Origin: Myxococcales bacterium
Lineage (GTDB): Bacteria > Myxococcota_A > Polyangia > Polyangiales > Polyangiaceae
Assembly (NCBI GenBank): GCA_043747615.1
Contig: JAYTOU010000076.1
Location: 16,737 to 80,736 of the forward strand
Length of the DNA stretch: 64,000 bases
Direction of reading: 5' to 3'
This document shows positions 38,501-45,502 of this stretch, piece by piece. Below the pieces are notes generated by a model. That model saw only the letters and a program-made list of their open reading frames with translations, did no database searches and had not been told where the DNA came from. Position 1 is the stretch's first letter. The number at the start of each line of letters is the position of its first letter. The position numbers and the translations under genes are program-made.

Positions 38501-40954
38501 GAGACGCGCCCATTTTTCGTCCTTCTCATAGAGGGGGACGAGCGCAGCGGCCGCACGCTGATCGTCGGCGCGAACCACGAGCACGCGCTCGTACGCACGG
38601 TGGGCCCGCTCGGGCGCCTGCAGCTTGTCGGCGTACACGTCGGCCGCGCGGTACGAGAGCTCGACCTTCGTGTCCGGCTCGGTCGCGCGATCGGCGGCGC
38701 TCGACAGAACCTCCGCGAGCCCTTCCCAATCCGCGCTCGCAGCGTAGAGCGCGGTGAGGCCGTCGTAGTCGCCGGCGGCGATGTACGTGTCGCGCAGAAC
38801 GCGAAGCGCTTTCGCGTGACCAGGCGAAAGCTCGAGGACGCGCTTCCAGGCCTTCCTCGCGCCAGAGTGGTCGTGGAGCCTATCCGTGTAAATGGCACCT
38901 AATTTCAGGAGCACGGCCAGCTTCGCTTGGGGGTCGGTCGCCAGCGTCACTCGGCGCTCGAGCACGTCGCCGACGGTCGCGAAGTCTTTATCGCGCTCGG
39001 CCTGCTTTTCCATCGCGTCGAGGGCCGTGACGGCGGACGGATCCTCGCCGAGCACCTTCTTGTAGAGCGCGGTGGCCTCGGCGCCGCGATCGAGTCGCTC
39101 CGAAGCGAGCTTGGCCATCTCGACCCACAGCTCGCGCCGGCGCACGCCCTCACCGAGGCGTTCCACCTCTTTCGCCATGAGCTCGTAGAGCGGCTTGTAA
39201 GCCCTCCGCTTCGTGTAGAGCTCACGCAGTTTGTCGTTGCCCTCTTCATCGGCCGGCTCTACCTCGACCAGCTTCTCGTAAGCCTCGACGGCGTTCTGCA
39301 CGTTCGAGAACTGCTCCAGCCAGCGACGGGCCACGGCGCGGTACAGCTCCGCTTTCACGCTCGGCTCGAGCTCGAGCTCGGCCAGGCGCATCTGGGTGGT
39401 GAGGAGATCGCGCCAGCGAGCGAGCGCTTCGTAGACGCGTGCAAGGTCCCGCACCGAATCGATGTCCGTCGGGTCGAGGGTGATGATCTGTCCGAGGACG
39501 GTGATGAGCGCGGTGTCACTCTTCATGTGCTCGCGGTAAAGCGTGGCGAGCTCGTGAAGGATCGTGAGACGTGCTTCTTTGTCGGCTGGTGCCGCGCGTT
39601 CGAGATCGCCACGGAGCAGATCGGCGAGCGCTGGCCACCCGGCGTTCTGGCGATAAAGCCGCTTCAGCGCATCGCGGGCGTCCTTATTGTTCGGCTCTTG
39701 ACGGAGGAGCGCGCGCCATTGCTCGATGGCCTTCGCAGCGCTTGCCCCTGCTTCCGCGAGCAGCGCCATCTCTGCGGCGAGAGCCGAGCGGGCGGGTCCC
39801 TCCGCCATCGTGCGCTGCGCTTCGCCGAGAATTCTTTCGAGTCGCTCGAGGTCCCCCCTCTCGCCGCACCACTCGCGGAAGAAGGTCAACATTCCCGGGT
39901 GTGCCGGCTCGAACTTGCGAAGACGCTCGAAGTAAGGCTCCGCGGCGTCGGAGCGCTTCCGCATGCGCCAGTGCGTCATCGCGATCTGAACGAGGAGCCC
40001 GACCTCTTGCTCTTGAGCCCGGCGCGGAGCCTCAGTGTGGCCCGGCCCGGAAAGCTGCCCCTCGTAGAGCGCGACGAGGTGATCCCACTCCTCGCGCTCC
40101 GTGAAATGTTCTGCGAGAGCGTTCGTGGCTTCGGCGTTGAGCGGTGAGAGGTCGATCGCCTGCTCGTACGCTCCGACCGCGCGATCGGGCGCGTTGAGCT
40201 TGTTCCGGTAGACGCGCGCGAGACGTATGTACGCTGCAACCTTCTCTTCCTTGACGGTGGTCTCGAGCGCGAGCTGCTCGAGGGTGCCGCTGAGCGCCTC
40301 GTACTCCCCTCCCTCGCGCTGAATGCGCTCGAGGAGAAGAGCGGCGCGGCGGTTCCTCGGATCGATCCCAAGCGACGTTCGAAGCCGGTCGACGATCTCG
40401 TCCGTGAGCGCTTCGAGCTTCTTCTTGTTCTTTTTTCCTTCTTTGATCTGCGGGCGGCCGAAGCGGTACGCAACCTCGGCGGCGCTCACCAGAAGCGAGC
40501 TCTTGAAGCCCGCGTCCTCGGCGTTCCCGGCTTCTTCGACGTAACGCGCCACGAGCTCCGGCCACTTGGCCTTCTTCGCTTCGCTCTTCTCTATGGCTTC
40601 TTCAGCGCGCGGGTCCGCGGGCTTCAACTCGAGCAAGCGGCGGTACGCTTCGACCGCGCGCGCGTCGTCCAGCACCTCCTCATCGAGGATTCGGGCGTGC
40701 TCGGCCGTCAGATCCACCTCCGCGTCCGTGCCCTTGGCAATTCGGACTTCTATTTCGAGGAGCTGGGCGACCGCGTCGTACTCGCGCCGCATCTCGTGCG
40801 CGCGTCGAGCGGACTCGAGCAACTTGCTGAGCTCCGCGGCGCTCATCTCGCTGGCGTCCTCTGCAAGAGCGCTCGCGAGAGAGGTCCAAGCCTTCTCGTT
40901 TTCGGGGTCGTCCTGCAGAAGCCCGAGGGCGTTCCGGATCGTCTTCGCGCTCAT
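29573..40954 (-). CDS. Giant (3793 aa) cytoplasmic TPR protein, AgmK-like
   Basis: Uninterrupted 11.4-kb ORF with dozens of TPR units (A..AY..ALE.DP....AL..LERLY...W..L) and no signal peptide. Size and repeat style resemble Myxococcus AgmK; orthology not verified. Confidence 0.85.
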   Translation of the reverse strand: MSAKTIRNALGLLQDDPENEKAWTSLASALAEDASEMSAAELSKLLESARRAHEMRREYDAVAQLLEIEVRIAKGTDAEVDLTAEHARILDEEVLDDARAVEAYRRLLELKPADPRAEEAIEKSEAKKAKWPELVARYVEEAGNAEDAGFKSSLLVSAAEVAYRFGRPQIKEGKKNKKKLEALTDEIVDRLRTSLGIDPRNRRAALLLERIQREGGEYEALSGTLEQLALETTVKEEKVAAYIRLARVYRNKLNAPDRAVGAYEQAIDLSPLNAEATNALAEHFTEREEWDHLVALYEGQLSGPGHTEAPRRAQEQEVGLLVQIAMTHWRMRKRSDAAEPYFERLRKFEPAHPGMLTFFREWCGERGDLERLERILGEAQRTMAEGPARSALAAEMALLAEAGASAAKAIEQWRALLRQEPNNKDARDALKRLYRQNAGWPALADLLRGDLERAAPADKEARLTILHELATLYREHMKSDTALITVLGQIITLDPTDIDSVRDLARVYEALARWRDLLTTQMRLAELELEPSVKAELYRAVARRWLEQFSNVQNAVEAYEKLVEVEPADEEGNDKLRELYTKRRAYKPLYELMAKEVERLGEGVRRRELWVEMAKLASERLDRGAEATALYKKVLGEDPSAVTALDAMEKQAERDKDFATVGDVLERRVTLATDPQAKLAVLLKLGAIYTDRLHDHSGARKAWKRVLELSPGHAKALRVLRDTYIAAGDYDGLTALYAASADWEGLAEVLSSAADRATEPDTKVELSYRAADVYADKLQAPERAHRAYERVLVVRADDQRAAAALVPLYEKDEKWARLPALYEVLYAHADSDEAKLALLHKLIDVCGQNLQDRAAAFSHARRAYQLAPDRTDALSSFEKAARASADWGAFVVTLEARLKSKAPDTRVLRAKIAETYATELGRVDEAVEAYRTLIEENEDDDTTVLTLDRILRSADRREDLRWLFELRVTRAKTAQKIQLLHEWATLEEDVFTSPESATGIYRRILQIVPQHGGALRSLARLLNTAGDSQGAAEALETDRDQREGAERAAREIELARLYMGPLKRPSDALAAATRALELVPNDRRAIDVVEELLAVGDTRARAAVLLDGIYGAANKFAHQAEVLEVMIATAAAKSERIALYSRLADVHEQKLGHPAMAFSIVHRAASEFPMELDLWDRLGVLANRTHQAQAFVDAIVAAVPPEGPTNLPERVELDLAERAATLYDEMLGEMDRAKPYLERILAKDPSNERAFSRLKQILTTLERWADLEALYEQAVAAAADDTRRTDLLTQVALVAEEITSDKPKAIFYYERIRAIEPGHEQAVRALDGLYASLEKWESLAKLLAGRLATATLDEGIALKLRLGALHFTRLDDAPGALTYLEEVLQAEPTNRDARDLAEKCLEKPGLRARAALVLEGVYVAHDAIRDLVRVLEIRLETATDLAEQRELLRRVAEFRDERLNEGAFDVFARLVPIAPDDANARVRLLELGKKLGAHEEAARVLTESAKVAQAPQPRAEILSEVAKLYEENLTDPLRAEAVYRQVLEIDPNDAMLALPAARALERIYAAAGKSAELAQVLKVEVKLEDDGDARRELYGRLGDLSENALGDPRGAIEAWKARIEDDPTDAAALEALDRLYERTSDWRALVDVLRARERHAENDADRRSVMARIALTLADKLSDVTEAIIAYRALLDEFGPNREMLAAMETLYEIADRWADLVETMEMSLSLAETQETRLTLLARLGQARQVRLNDTPGAIEAYRQALATDPAHVPSRTALEALLDNAEARRDAAEILRPLYESDGQHTRLLRVLDIEAQYAETVDAKLEIFGQAVDVAEHGLKDPARAFAYAARALRESAPEAEFPKWLERTEGLASVTDKYSELFELLRTVVPDITDGDQQLDVTLKVAALARTRLSDLVAARTYYVKALELRADDHRALESLESLYEETGDASALHDILKRRAEAAGGDEDRKRILFKDARLSDETMKDPAGAIEVYEQILEIGPDDQAFAALERLYTSTERSPDLLTLYERQIGIETNAERKAGLHYKVGAVLEGSLNDTERAFDEFEAALKLDTQHAATVAALERLMAVPAHASQAAEMLEGVYLARLDWRRVMATLEARLVGSEDPDERRTLLRRLAKLHEEQEENYLAALETIAKLLAEDSTDEPTWAELERLARVANAEARLAEIFAAELEKITADEPATAKLAKRTGEIYEAQKNVDRALHFYRRAHAFAPDEDDGSFQAIDRLLRESGRPLDRVALYRQALEYRDDPAVRLATLHTIALLEEAEIHDDDAAIETHRAALEIDETDPHALEALARLYARRERWQDLSELTRRRAEQTALPEDEAKYRLELGKILENKLGDASGAIDEYQTVVHLSPTDASGAAAVNALEALLRAPDHKARIVEILRPIYESTDDWRHLVSVNAERLDLTSDVGEKVAILRESARLWEERGKDTNKAFDAVKSGFVLDPDDGDTRGELERLGAVSKRWDDLADAYESAIVKTEGIGQRELLGALARLHDSKRDDPRSSLNAWDRLFKLDETDLVPLEEMDSLATLLSDWPTLVRVLAKRAELTANDEERASTWRRIGEARRDMLEDSAGAIEAYERALEIEPASAFTLDNLISLHEEKDDAARLVELYRRRIELCGEDDQGLKYQLLMDAANRHELGLSDRREAIHLLTDALAVKPGDPEVMKRLDVLFTAEQMWPELLENMRQESAAATDVEAKRALRKRIGALLAKELEDPRQALVAYREVLDGGYDEETATAIRELGDARDELRAEAADALEPVLRSASRFEELVAVLEMRLRAQTDPTERAATLHSIATVCEASLKDLRRAENALLRALAEEPSSSALHAEIERLAESVGAEGFLRYADALAERAAAILDPAVTTDLYVRLGRIAEEKLKDDARAAKAYVSAGEQSGDTEVVLTALDRLLGRLGDTRALADVIERRVAVESDVAQQADLYHRLASLQINEFEQKGQGLATLRLAVERVPTHGPSRAALHKLLEDAPFFDEAFDALEGVYRALGQSEELAALYERRVARAAEVRDRARARLDLARVLEEQAHAPERAQRVLEASITEDPSDADALGEIERLAALTNGWREAADVLASSLGVAFDHSSGIRAELWIRLGTWRRDKLQDARSAEDAFVQALATDPENGEILRSLEDLRRAPGRERELIMTLRARVRLESSLETKREILKEAKTLAEVTVIDLALAESVLRELLREDEADTWAVDDLTRLRDLAGDHAEVVTLLLRRAELESDEKKIAQLKHRAAKVVTEQLADLPRAVTLYQELFEGDRSDAVASARLRQLYEQEGRSHDLAKLLEVLIDNASTPAARAEIRVDLAKLQDSLDSPSDAVITLRAILDEDPTHAGAVAALSQLLEKGGHDEDLAELLSSQIERARERGDASSELTLQVRLGDVFENRLKTTPRALATYESVLEREPNHVGALEAVARLAESRDDWARAATALATLLKLAVEGGPAGVALALRLASARSRTGDGAGVESALRHALEIDPTNAAARDQLRDLFERTKNYAELATLLVSDADLVLKEHPEAGELPVTIAVPAQVVGARVSMRPVSMPPLEPPTVHVAEIVRLLRRAAEIHLNDRTSPAEAVPLLERASLLVPKDRELLLLLCDAYTASHRERDAAQVLEKVIASFGAKRTKELSIYHHRLGRTLASLGDKDVALAQFDLAFKIDPGSVSVLKDLGVLALETNDLDRAQKTFRALLLQRLDPSIGISKGEVFFYLGEISAKQGDKVKAVQMLERAIENEPSLDRAKAKLIELKG

Positions 40955-41138
40955 CCATCCTCTTGCGCTTCGAAGCGCGTGTCGTCGGCTTCACATCGAG
41001 CTTGTCAAAACGGAAACCTGCAGAAATTACGCAGAAATCCCACGCCCGCGGGGAGCCGATGCTACGAGGCGCAAGGCCCGATATCAAGCAGCCATCGTCG
41101 CCCGCCCCCACCTCCCGTTTGCGGTAAGCTCGTGGCTC

Positions 41139-41801
41139 ATGCCCTCGGGTCGACGGTCGCTCGCGCACTCCCTCGTCAATGTCTACGAGACGCTAGCCAT
41201 TTCCCTCCCGACCGTCGTGGACGCCACGCTTCGCTGGGTCGATAAAAAGGTCTGCGACGCCCGGCTCCAAGCCTGGGCGCAGAAGGTCGTCGAGCATGCG
41301 CGGGTCGATCTCGAGGTCGCGCCGCGCGAAAACACTCTCCCACGCCATCGAGTCCAACGTGCGAATGATCACGAAAGAGGAGCGCTTCAACGTCCCCATT
41401 TTCGGCGGGGGAATGCGAGCGGCGGGATTCATCTCCATCGACCGGAAAAATTGCCACCGGGCGCTGGTCGGCCTCGCCAAAGCGAGAGAGAGACGCTCGC
41501 GGCCGGAGTGCACATCTGGATCGCGCCCGAGGGGACTCGCAGCCCGACGGGCAAGCTCCTGCCGTTCAAAAAAGGGGGATTCAACCTCGCGCTCGAGGCT
41601 GAGCGGCCCGTCCTTCCGGTGAGCATGCGTGGCACCCGCGACGGGCTACCCGCGAAGGGAGTGCGATCGAGCCCAGGTGTCCACGTGAAGATCACGATCT
41701 CTCCGCCGATTTTTCCAGAGCGCTACAAGCAACTCGAATTCAAAAAGGGACGTGACCAGATGATCGCTGACGCGCGGGAGATCCTCCACCGTGAGCACTG
41801 A
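41139..41801 (+). pseudogene. PlsC-like 1-acyl-sn-glycerol-3-phosphate acyltransferase with compensating frameshifts and no catalytic HxxxxD
   Basis: C-terminal IAPEGTRS...LPFKKGGF motifs are in frame. The conserved middle (VRMITKEE.FNVPIFGG.MRAAGFISIDR) is in another frame at about 41335-41490, and the NHxSxxD motif is missing. Confidence 0.75.
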
Positions 41802-42849
41802 GCCTGCCTTCGTCGGCTCCGGCTCGACTGGGCCGCGCGACGCCGCACGCCCGACGACCCCCGGCGCGGGATTGGCGATCTTGGTGAACGCGAACGCCAA
41901 GCGCGGCGGGCGGCGCATCGCAGCGCAGCTCGGCCGCATACTGCCCGGCGCTCGGGTGCGCCTCACGCGGACCACGGAGGAGGTCGAAGCGTGGCTCCAA
42001 ACGCTGCGTGACCCACGCTGCATTCTCGCGGCAGGCGGCGATGGAACAGCGATCGCGCTCGTCAACGCGCTGAACCGGATCACCCCTGCAAACCAGGCCT
42101 TTCCGCCGATCGGAGTCTTGCCGCTCGGCACCGGTAACGCATGGGCACGCTCGACGGGGGCGCGCAAATTGGACCAATCGGTGCGGGTCCTCGCCTCCCT
42201 CCCAAACGGCTTTCCCACCCGCCGCTTCGGAATCGTCGAAGTGGAAGGGACGCTCACGAGCTTCGCGGGGTGCGGCTGGGACGCAGAGGCCATCAACGAG
42301 TTTCGCAAGCAGGTCGAGGCCTCGAAGGGGCCGTCGAAGCGGCTCGCGAAGAGCGTCTACGGGTACCTCGCCGCAACTCTCTTCCGCACCGCGCCCAAGT
42401 CCATGATCAACGGGCGCGCGCATCTCCTCATCGAGAACATGGGGGACGAGGTCTACACGATCACCGCGGACGGCAAGCTCCTCAAGATCAACGGCGTGAA
42501 GCACGGGAGCATCCTCTACGAAGGGCTCTCGAGCATCGCGGGCGCGTCCACCGTTCCTGAGTTCGGGTACGGCTTTCGCGCGTTTCCCTTCGCCGAGCGG
42601 CTTCTCGGATTCATGAACGTGCGCGTCTTCGATCGCTCGGCTCTGTCGGCGATGACCGAGATCCCTAGCCTGTGGCGCGGCGTCCATCCAGTGCGCGGAA
42701 TGCATGACTGGTTCGCGACTGCTGTGCGCATGACGTTCTCGCGACCGATGGCTCTTCAGATTGGCGGCGATGCCGTCGGCGAGAGGCAAACCGTAGATTT
42801 CAAGATCGGCGCGCGGCAGGTCGAGATGCTCGATTGGCGGTCTCTGTGA
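41791..42849 (+). CDS. Diacylglycerol/lipid kinase family protein (DAGK_cat)
   Basis: LVNANA, AGGDGT, LPLGTGNAWA, GCGWDA, QIGGD. Confidence 0.85.
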   Translation: MSTEPAFVGSGSTGPRDAARPTTPGAGLAILVNANAKRGGRRIAAQLGRILPGARVRLTRTTEEVEAWLQTLRDPRCILAAGGDGTAIALVNALNRITPANQAFPPIGVLPLGTGNAWARSTGARKLDQSVRVLASLPNGFPTRRFGIVEVEGTLTSFAGCGWDAEAINEFRKQVEASKGPSKRLAKSVYGYLAATLFRTAPKSMINGRAHLLIENMGDEVYTITADGKLLKINGVKHGSILYEGLSSIAGASTVPEFGYGFRAFPFAERLLGFMNVRVFDRSALSAMTEIPSLWRGVHPVRGMHDWFATAVRMTFSRPMALQIGGDAVGERQTVDFKIGARQVEMLDWRSL

Positions 42850-42970
42850 GAGCTCTCGTGCTCGTCGCTATCGCGTGTTTCCTAGGCTGGTGCCAGGTGG
42901 GCTGATTTCTGGGTGATTTTTTGCTCGCGCTCGAAGAGACCAAAGACGTCCGCGGCGTGAAGAAGTAAAT

Positions 42971-43903
42971 CTACGGCAGCTGCGCGACCGTTTCGCTCGC
43001 GCGATAGTCCATCTGCGCGGCGATCTTCGCGCGCACTTCTTTGTCCTCGAAGCGGCCCACGAGATGGAGGCCGAGGTCGATCCCGCTCGTGACGCCGCCC
43101 GCGGTGACCACGGTGCCCGCATCGACGACGCGCTCGGAGACGACCTTGGCGCCATACGCCGCAAGCAGATCCATCGCGCTGGGGTGCGTCGTCGCTCGAT
43201 GACCCCGCAGGCGCCCCGCCGCGCCGAGCAGGAGCGCTCCCGTGCACACGGAGGCCAGGCAGCGATTGGCGGGAAAGGCCGAAAGCCAGGCCGAGATCTC
43301 GCGGTCCCCGACGAGCTCGCGCGCCCCTTGACCGCCGGCGACGATGACCACGTCGAACTCATCGAGCTCCGGCCGCACGCGCGCCACGCGGAGCTCCGCT
43401 GACGCCGCACGCCACGCCGTCTTGCCGGAGGTGGCGGAGATGATTTCGGACGACGACGTGGGGTCGAAGCCCATCGAGGCGATCCGCGAAATAGGATCGT
43501 AGACCCCCACCAGATCGAGGAGGGTCATTCCTTCGAAGGCCACGAAAGCGAAGCGCGTTCCCGTGACTCGATCGGGGACCGCAGACAACTCCTCCACGGA
43601 GATCGTCGAACGGATCGCCTCGCGAGGAATGGGCCCGTGGATGTGAGGCATCTTCCCCCGCGGTGTGTCGACGATCACGACAGGCACATCGAGCCGTCGC
43701 GGATCGATGCAGATGACCTCGATCTGAAGCTCGCGCGCGGAGGAAAAATAGAGCTTTGCGCTCGTCGCGGCCTCGTCGCGGAAGGAGGCGTGAATGAAGC
43801 CTTCTGCCGCCAGAGACTCCGGGGCATACGGCTCGACGTCGAGGTCCGCCGTGGCTGCGAGGTCGCGATTCTCAGCCCGACGGACGTGATACAGCCAGCG
43901 CAC
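42971..43903 (-). CDS. DUF952 + DJ-1/PfpI fusion protein
   Basis: N-terminal LYH...SLAAEGFIHAS...PHIHGPI (DUF952). C-terminal TLLDLVG...VAGG...SVCTGA...ATTH...TAGGVTSGID (DJ-1/PfpI). Confidence 0.85.
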   Translation of the reverse strand: MRWLYHVRRAENRDLAATADLDVEPYAPESLAAEGFIHASFRDEAATSAKLYFSSARELQIEVICIDPRRLDVPVVIVDTPRGKMPHIHGPIPREAIRSTISVEELSAVPDRVTGTRFAFVAFEGMTLLDLVGVYDPISRIASMGFDPTSSSEIISATSGKTAWRAASAELRVARVRPELDEFDVVIVAGGQGARELVGDREISAWLSAFPANRCLASVCTGALLLGAAGRLRGHRATTHPSAMDLLAAYGAKVVSERVVDAGTVVTAGGVTSGIDLGLHLVGRFEDKEVRAKIAAQMDYRASETVAQLP

Positions 43904-43906
43904 GGA

Positions 43907-45217
43907 TTACGGCGCGGGCCATAGATCTACGCCACCGGCGAAAGACGGCTGCGACGTGAACGGGACCGGCCCGAGCGGCGTCACTCCGCCGTCGGCGACC
44001 GCTACGGAGACGAGGCTCGACGTCGAGCCGCCGTCCGAGAGGTACTGGGTGGACGGTCCCAGCAAGGAGCCTTTTCCGTCGTACGCGAACACGTCCGGTG
44101 CTCGGGGGATCGTCGCTCCGAGGAGCGCGGTGGTCACGTCCCAAATCCGGGTCTCGTCCCCGGCCCCGTAGCGAAATCCGATGGCCACGTGATCCGCGTC
44201 GAGGATCGCAAAGGCCGCAGGAAAGTCCTTCGTTTTAAGATCGAGCACGGTCGACGTCGTGCCCGTCGTGAGAACGAGATCGTCGATCTGGCGCTGGGCA
44301 ACATCACCGACGCCTGCATCTCCCGGAAGAAGATTGTTGCAGCCGGCGCTGACCATGAGCAAGCGATCGCGCGGGGCGTCGTAGAACATGCTCACGGGGT
44401 TAAAGCCGTTGGTGCGGATGCCTCCCACGCCGGCGTCGCCGAAGGGAACGATGGTGTCGGTGTTCACGTCGATGGCGATCACGATCGGCTTGGTCGCCCC
44501 GCAGAGCGTGTAGAAGCCCATCGGATCGGTGTTCGTGAGATCGAAGTTTCCGAGGAGCACGTAGACCCGCTGCTTGGCCGCGACGTACACGGCCGCGGTC
44601 ATGTCGACGTGCCCGTCCTTGTCGGTCGGCACGAGGTAAGAGCTCAGATCGATCGAGGAGGTCGGCGTCGCAGCGTCGAGGCTCTGCGCGGTGTTGATGA
44701 CCGCGATTTTGTTGCGGTTGAAACGGAGCACGTAGGCCTTGTTTCCCGGCACGGCGATGACGGCGACGGGATCAGCGTATGCTTTGCCGCCGTCGTACGT
44801 GTCGTCGAGGGCCACGTTCCACGAGCCGCCCGCCTTCCACGGCGCCGTCGGATCGAGCTTCACGATCAGATCTTTGTCCTGCTCCATGAGGTACGGCGTC
44901 GCGCCTTGCAGGAAGGTCGCGCCGATCTTTCCGGGGTAGGCGAACGTGCCGTCCACCCGCCGCCCGGAGATGCTGTACGCGGCCATCTCGCTCCGCGCGG
45001 AGTAATTCAGCGAAAGGAGCATCCAGGGCGGAGTAGGGGCGGCGTCGGCGCTCGCTTCGCGCGGGGTGGCGTCGAGGACTGCCGGGCTGTCGACGTAGCT
45101 GCCGTCCGGCCCTCCGGCGTCTGCTCCGAACGTGGTGTCGTCACCGCCGCACGCGAAGAGGAGCGCGCCGCCATTGCCGAGCGCAAGACACACTGCTGCT
45201 AATGCTTTAAATTTCAT
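43907..45217 (-). CDS. Cobalamin-riboswitch-controlled lipoprotein, probable beta-propeller (YncE/BtuG-like)
   Basis: ATG 45217 preceded by GAGG; signal peptide with LLFAC. Repeated beta blades (KAYVLRF..NKIAVIN; RVYVLLG; RDRLLMVSAG). Confidence 0.7.
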   Translation of the reverse strand: MKFKALAAVCLALGNGGALLFACGGDDTTFGADAGGPDGSYVDSPAVLDATPREASADAAPTPPWMLLSLNYSARSEMAAYSISGRRVDGTFAYPGKIGATFLQGATPYLMEQDKDLIVKLDPTAPWKAGGSWNVALDDTYDGGKAYADPVAVIAVPGNKAYVLRFNRNKIAVINTAQSLDAATPTSSIDLSSYLVPTDKDGHVDMTAAVYVAAKQRVYVLLGNFDLTNTDPMGFYTLCGATKPIVIAIDVNTDTIVPFGDAGVGGIRTNGFNPVSMFYDAPRDRLLMVSAGCNNLLPGDAGVGDVAQRQIDDLVLTTGTTSTVLDLKTKDFPAAFAILDADHVAIGFRYGAGDETRIWDVTTALLGATIPRAPDVFAYDGKGSLLGPSTQYLSDGGSTSSLVSVAVADGGVTPLGPVPFTSQPSFAGGVDLWPAP

Positions 45218-45269
45218 TTTTTCAACCTCAGGCTGCGCTCGCCCGCGCACGCCAAATTACGGATCACCC

Positions 45270-45427
45270 GCGCGTGGTCCGGTTTCCGGACTCCCAGATC
45301 GTCCTCCCTCGTGCCCTTCCCAGGTCCCCTGCGAAGCAGGATTTCCCAGTGGATATGCGCGAGATCGTCCCTGGTCACCGTGGCGGGGGCCGTGCCGGAT
45401 TCAAACCGGCTTCCCTTGACCACGCGC
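45270..45427 (-). ncRNA. Cobalamin (B12) riboswitch
   Basis: Minus strand reads AAGGGAAGCCGGTTTGAATCCGGCACGGCCCCCGCCACGGTGA...CCACTGGGA...GGGAAGG...GAGTCCGGAAACC. Closed by a 10-bp stem GCGCGTGGTC/GACCACGCGC about 50 nt upstream of the lipoprotein start. Confidence 0.9.
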
Positions 45428-45502
45428 GTACGTCTGCGCGTTTTTTGCAGTATGCAACCAACGTTCGACGCGGCCTCTAGCTACCAAAGCGCGCGGTGCG
45501 AG

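Noticed and set aside
30125..40147. Several long plus-strand ORFs (745, 501, 406 aa) opposite the giant TPR gene
   Set aside because: Antisense shadows typical of high-GC codon usage; no independent domain signal.
40566..41138. N-terminal extension of the 411-aa ORF upstream of the PlsC-like region
   Set aside because: It overlaps the giant TPR gene antisense; acyltransferase similarity begins only after Met 41139.
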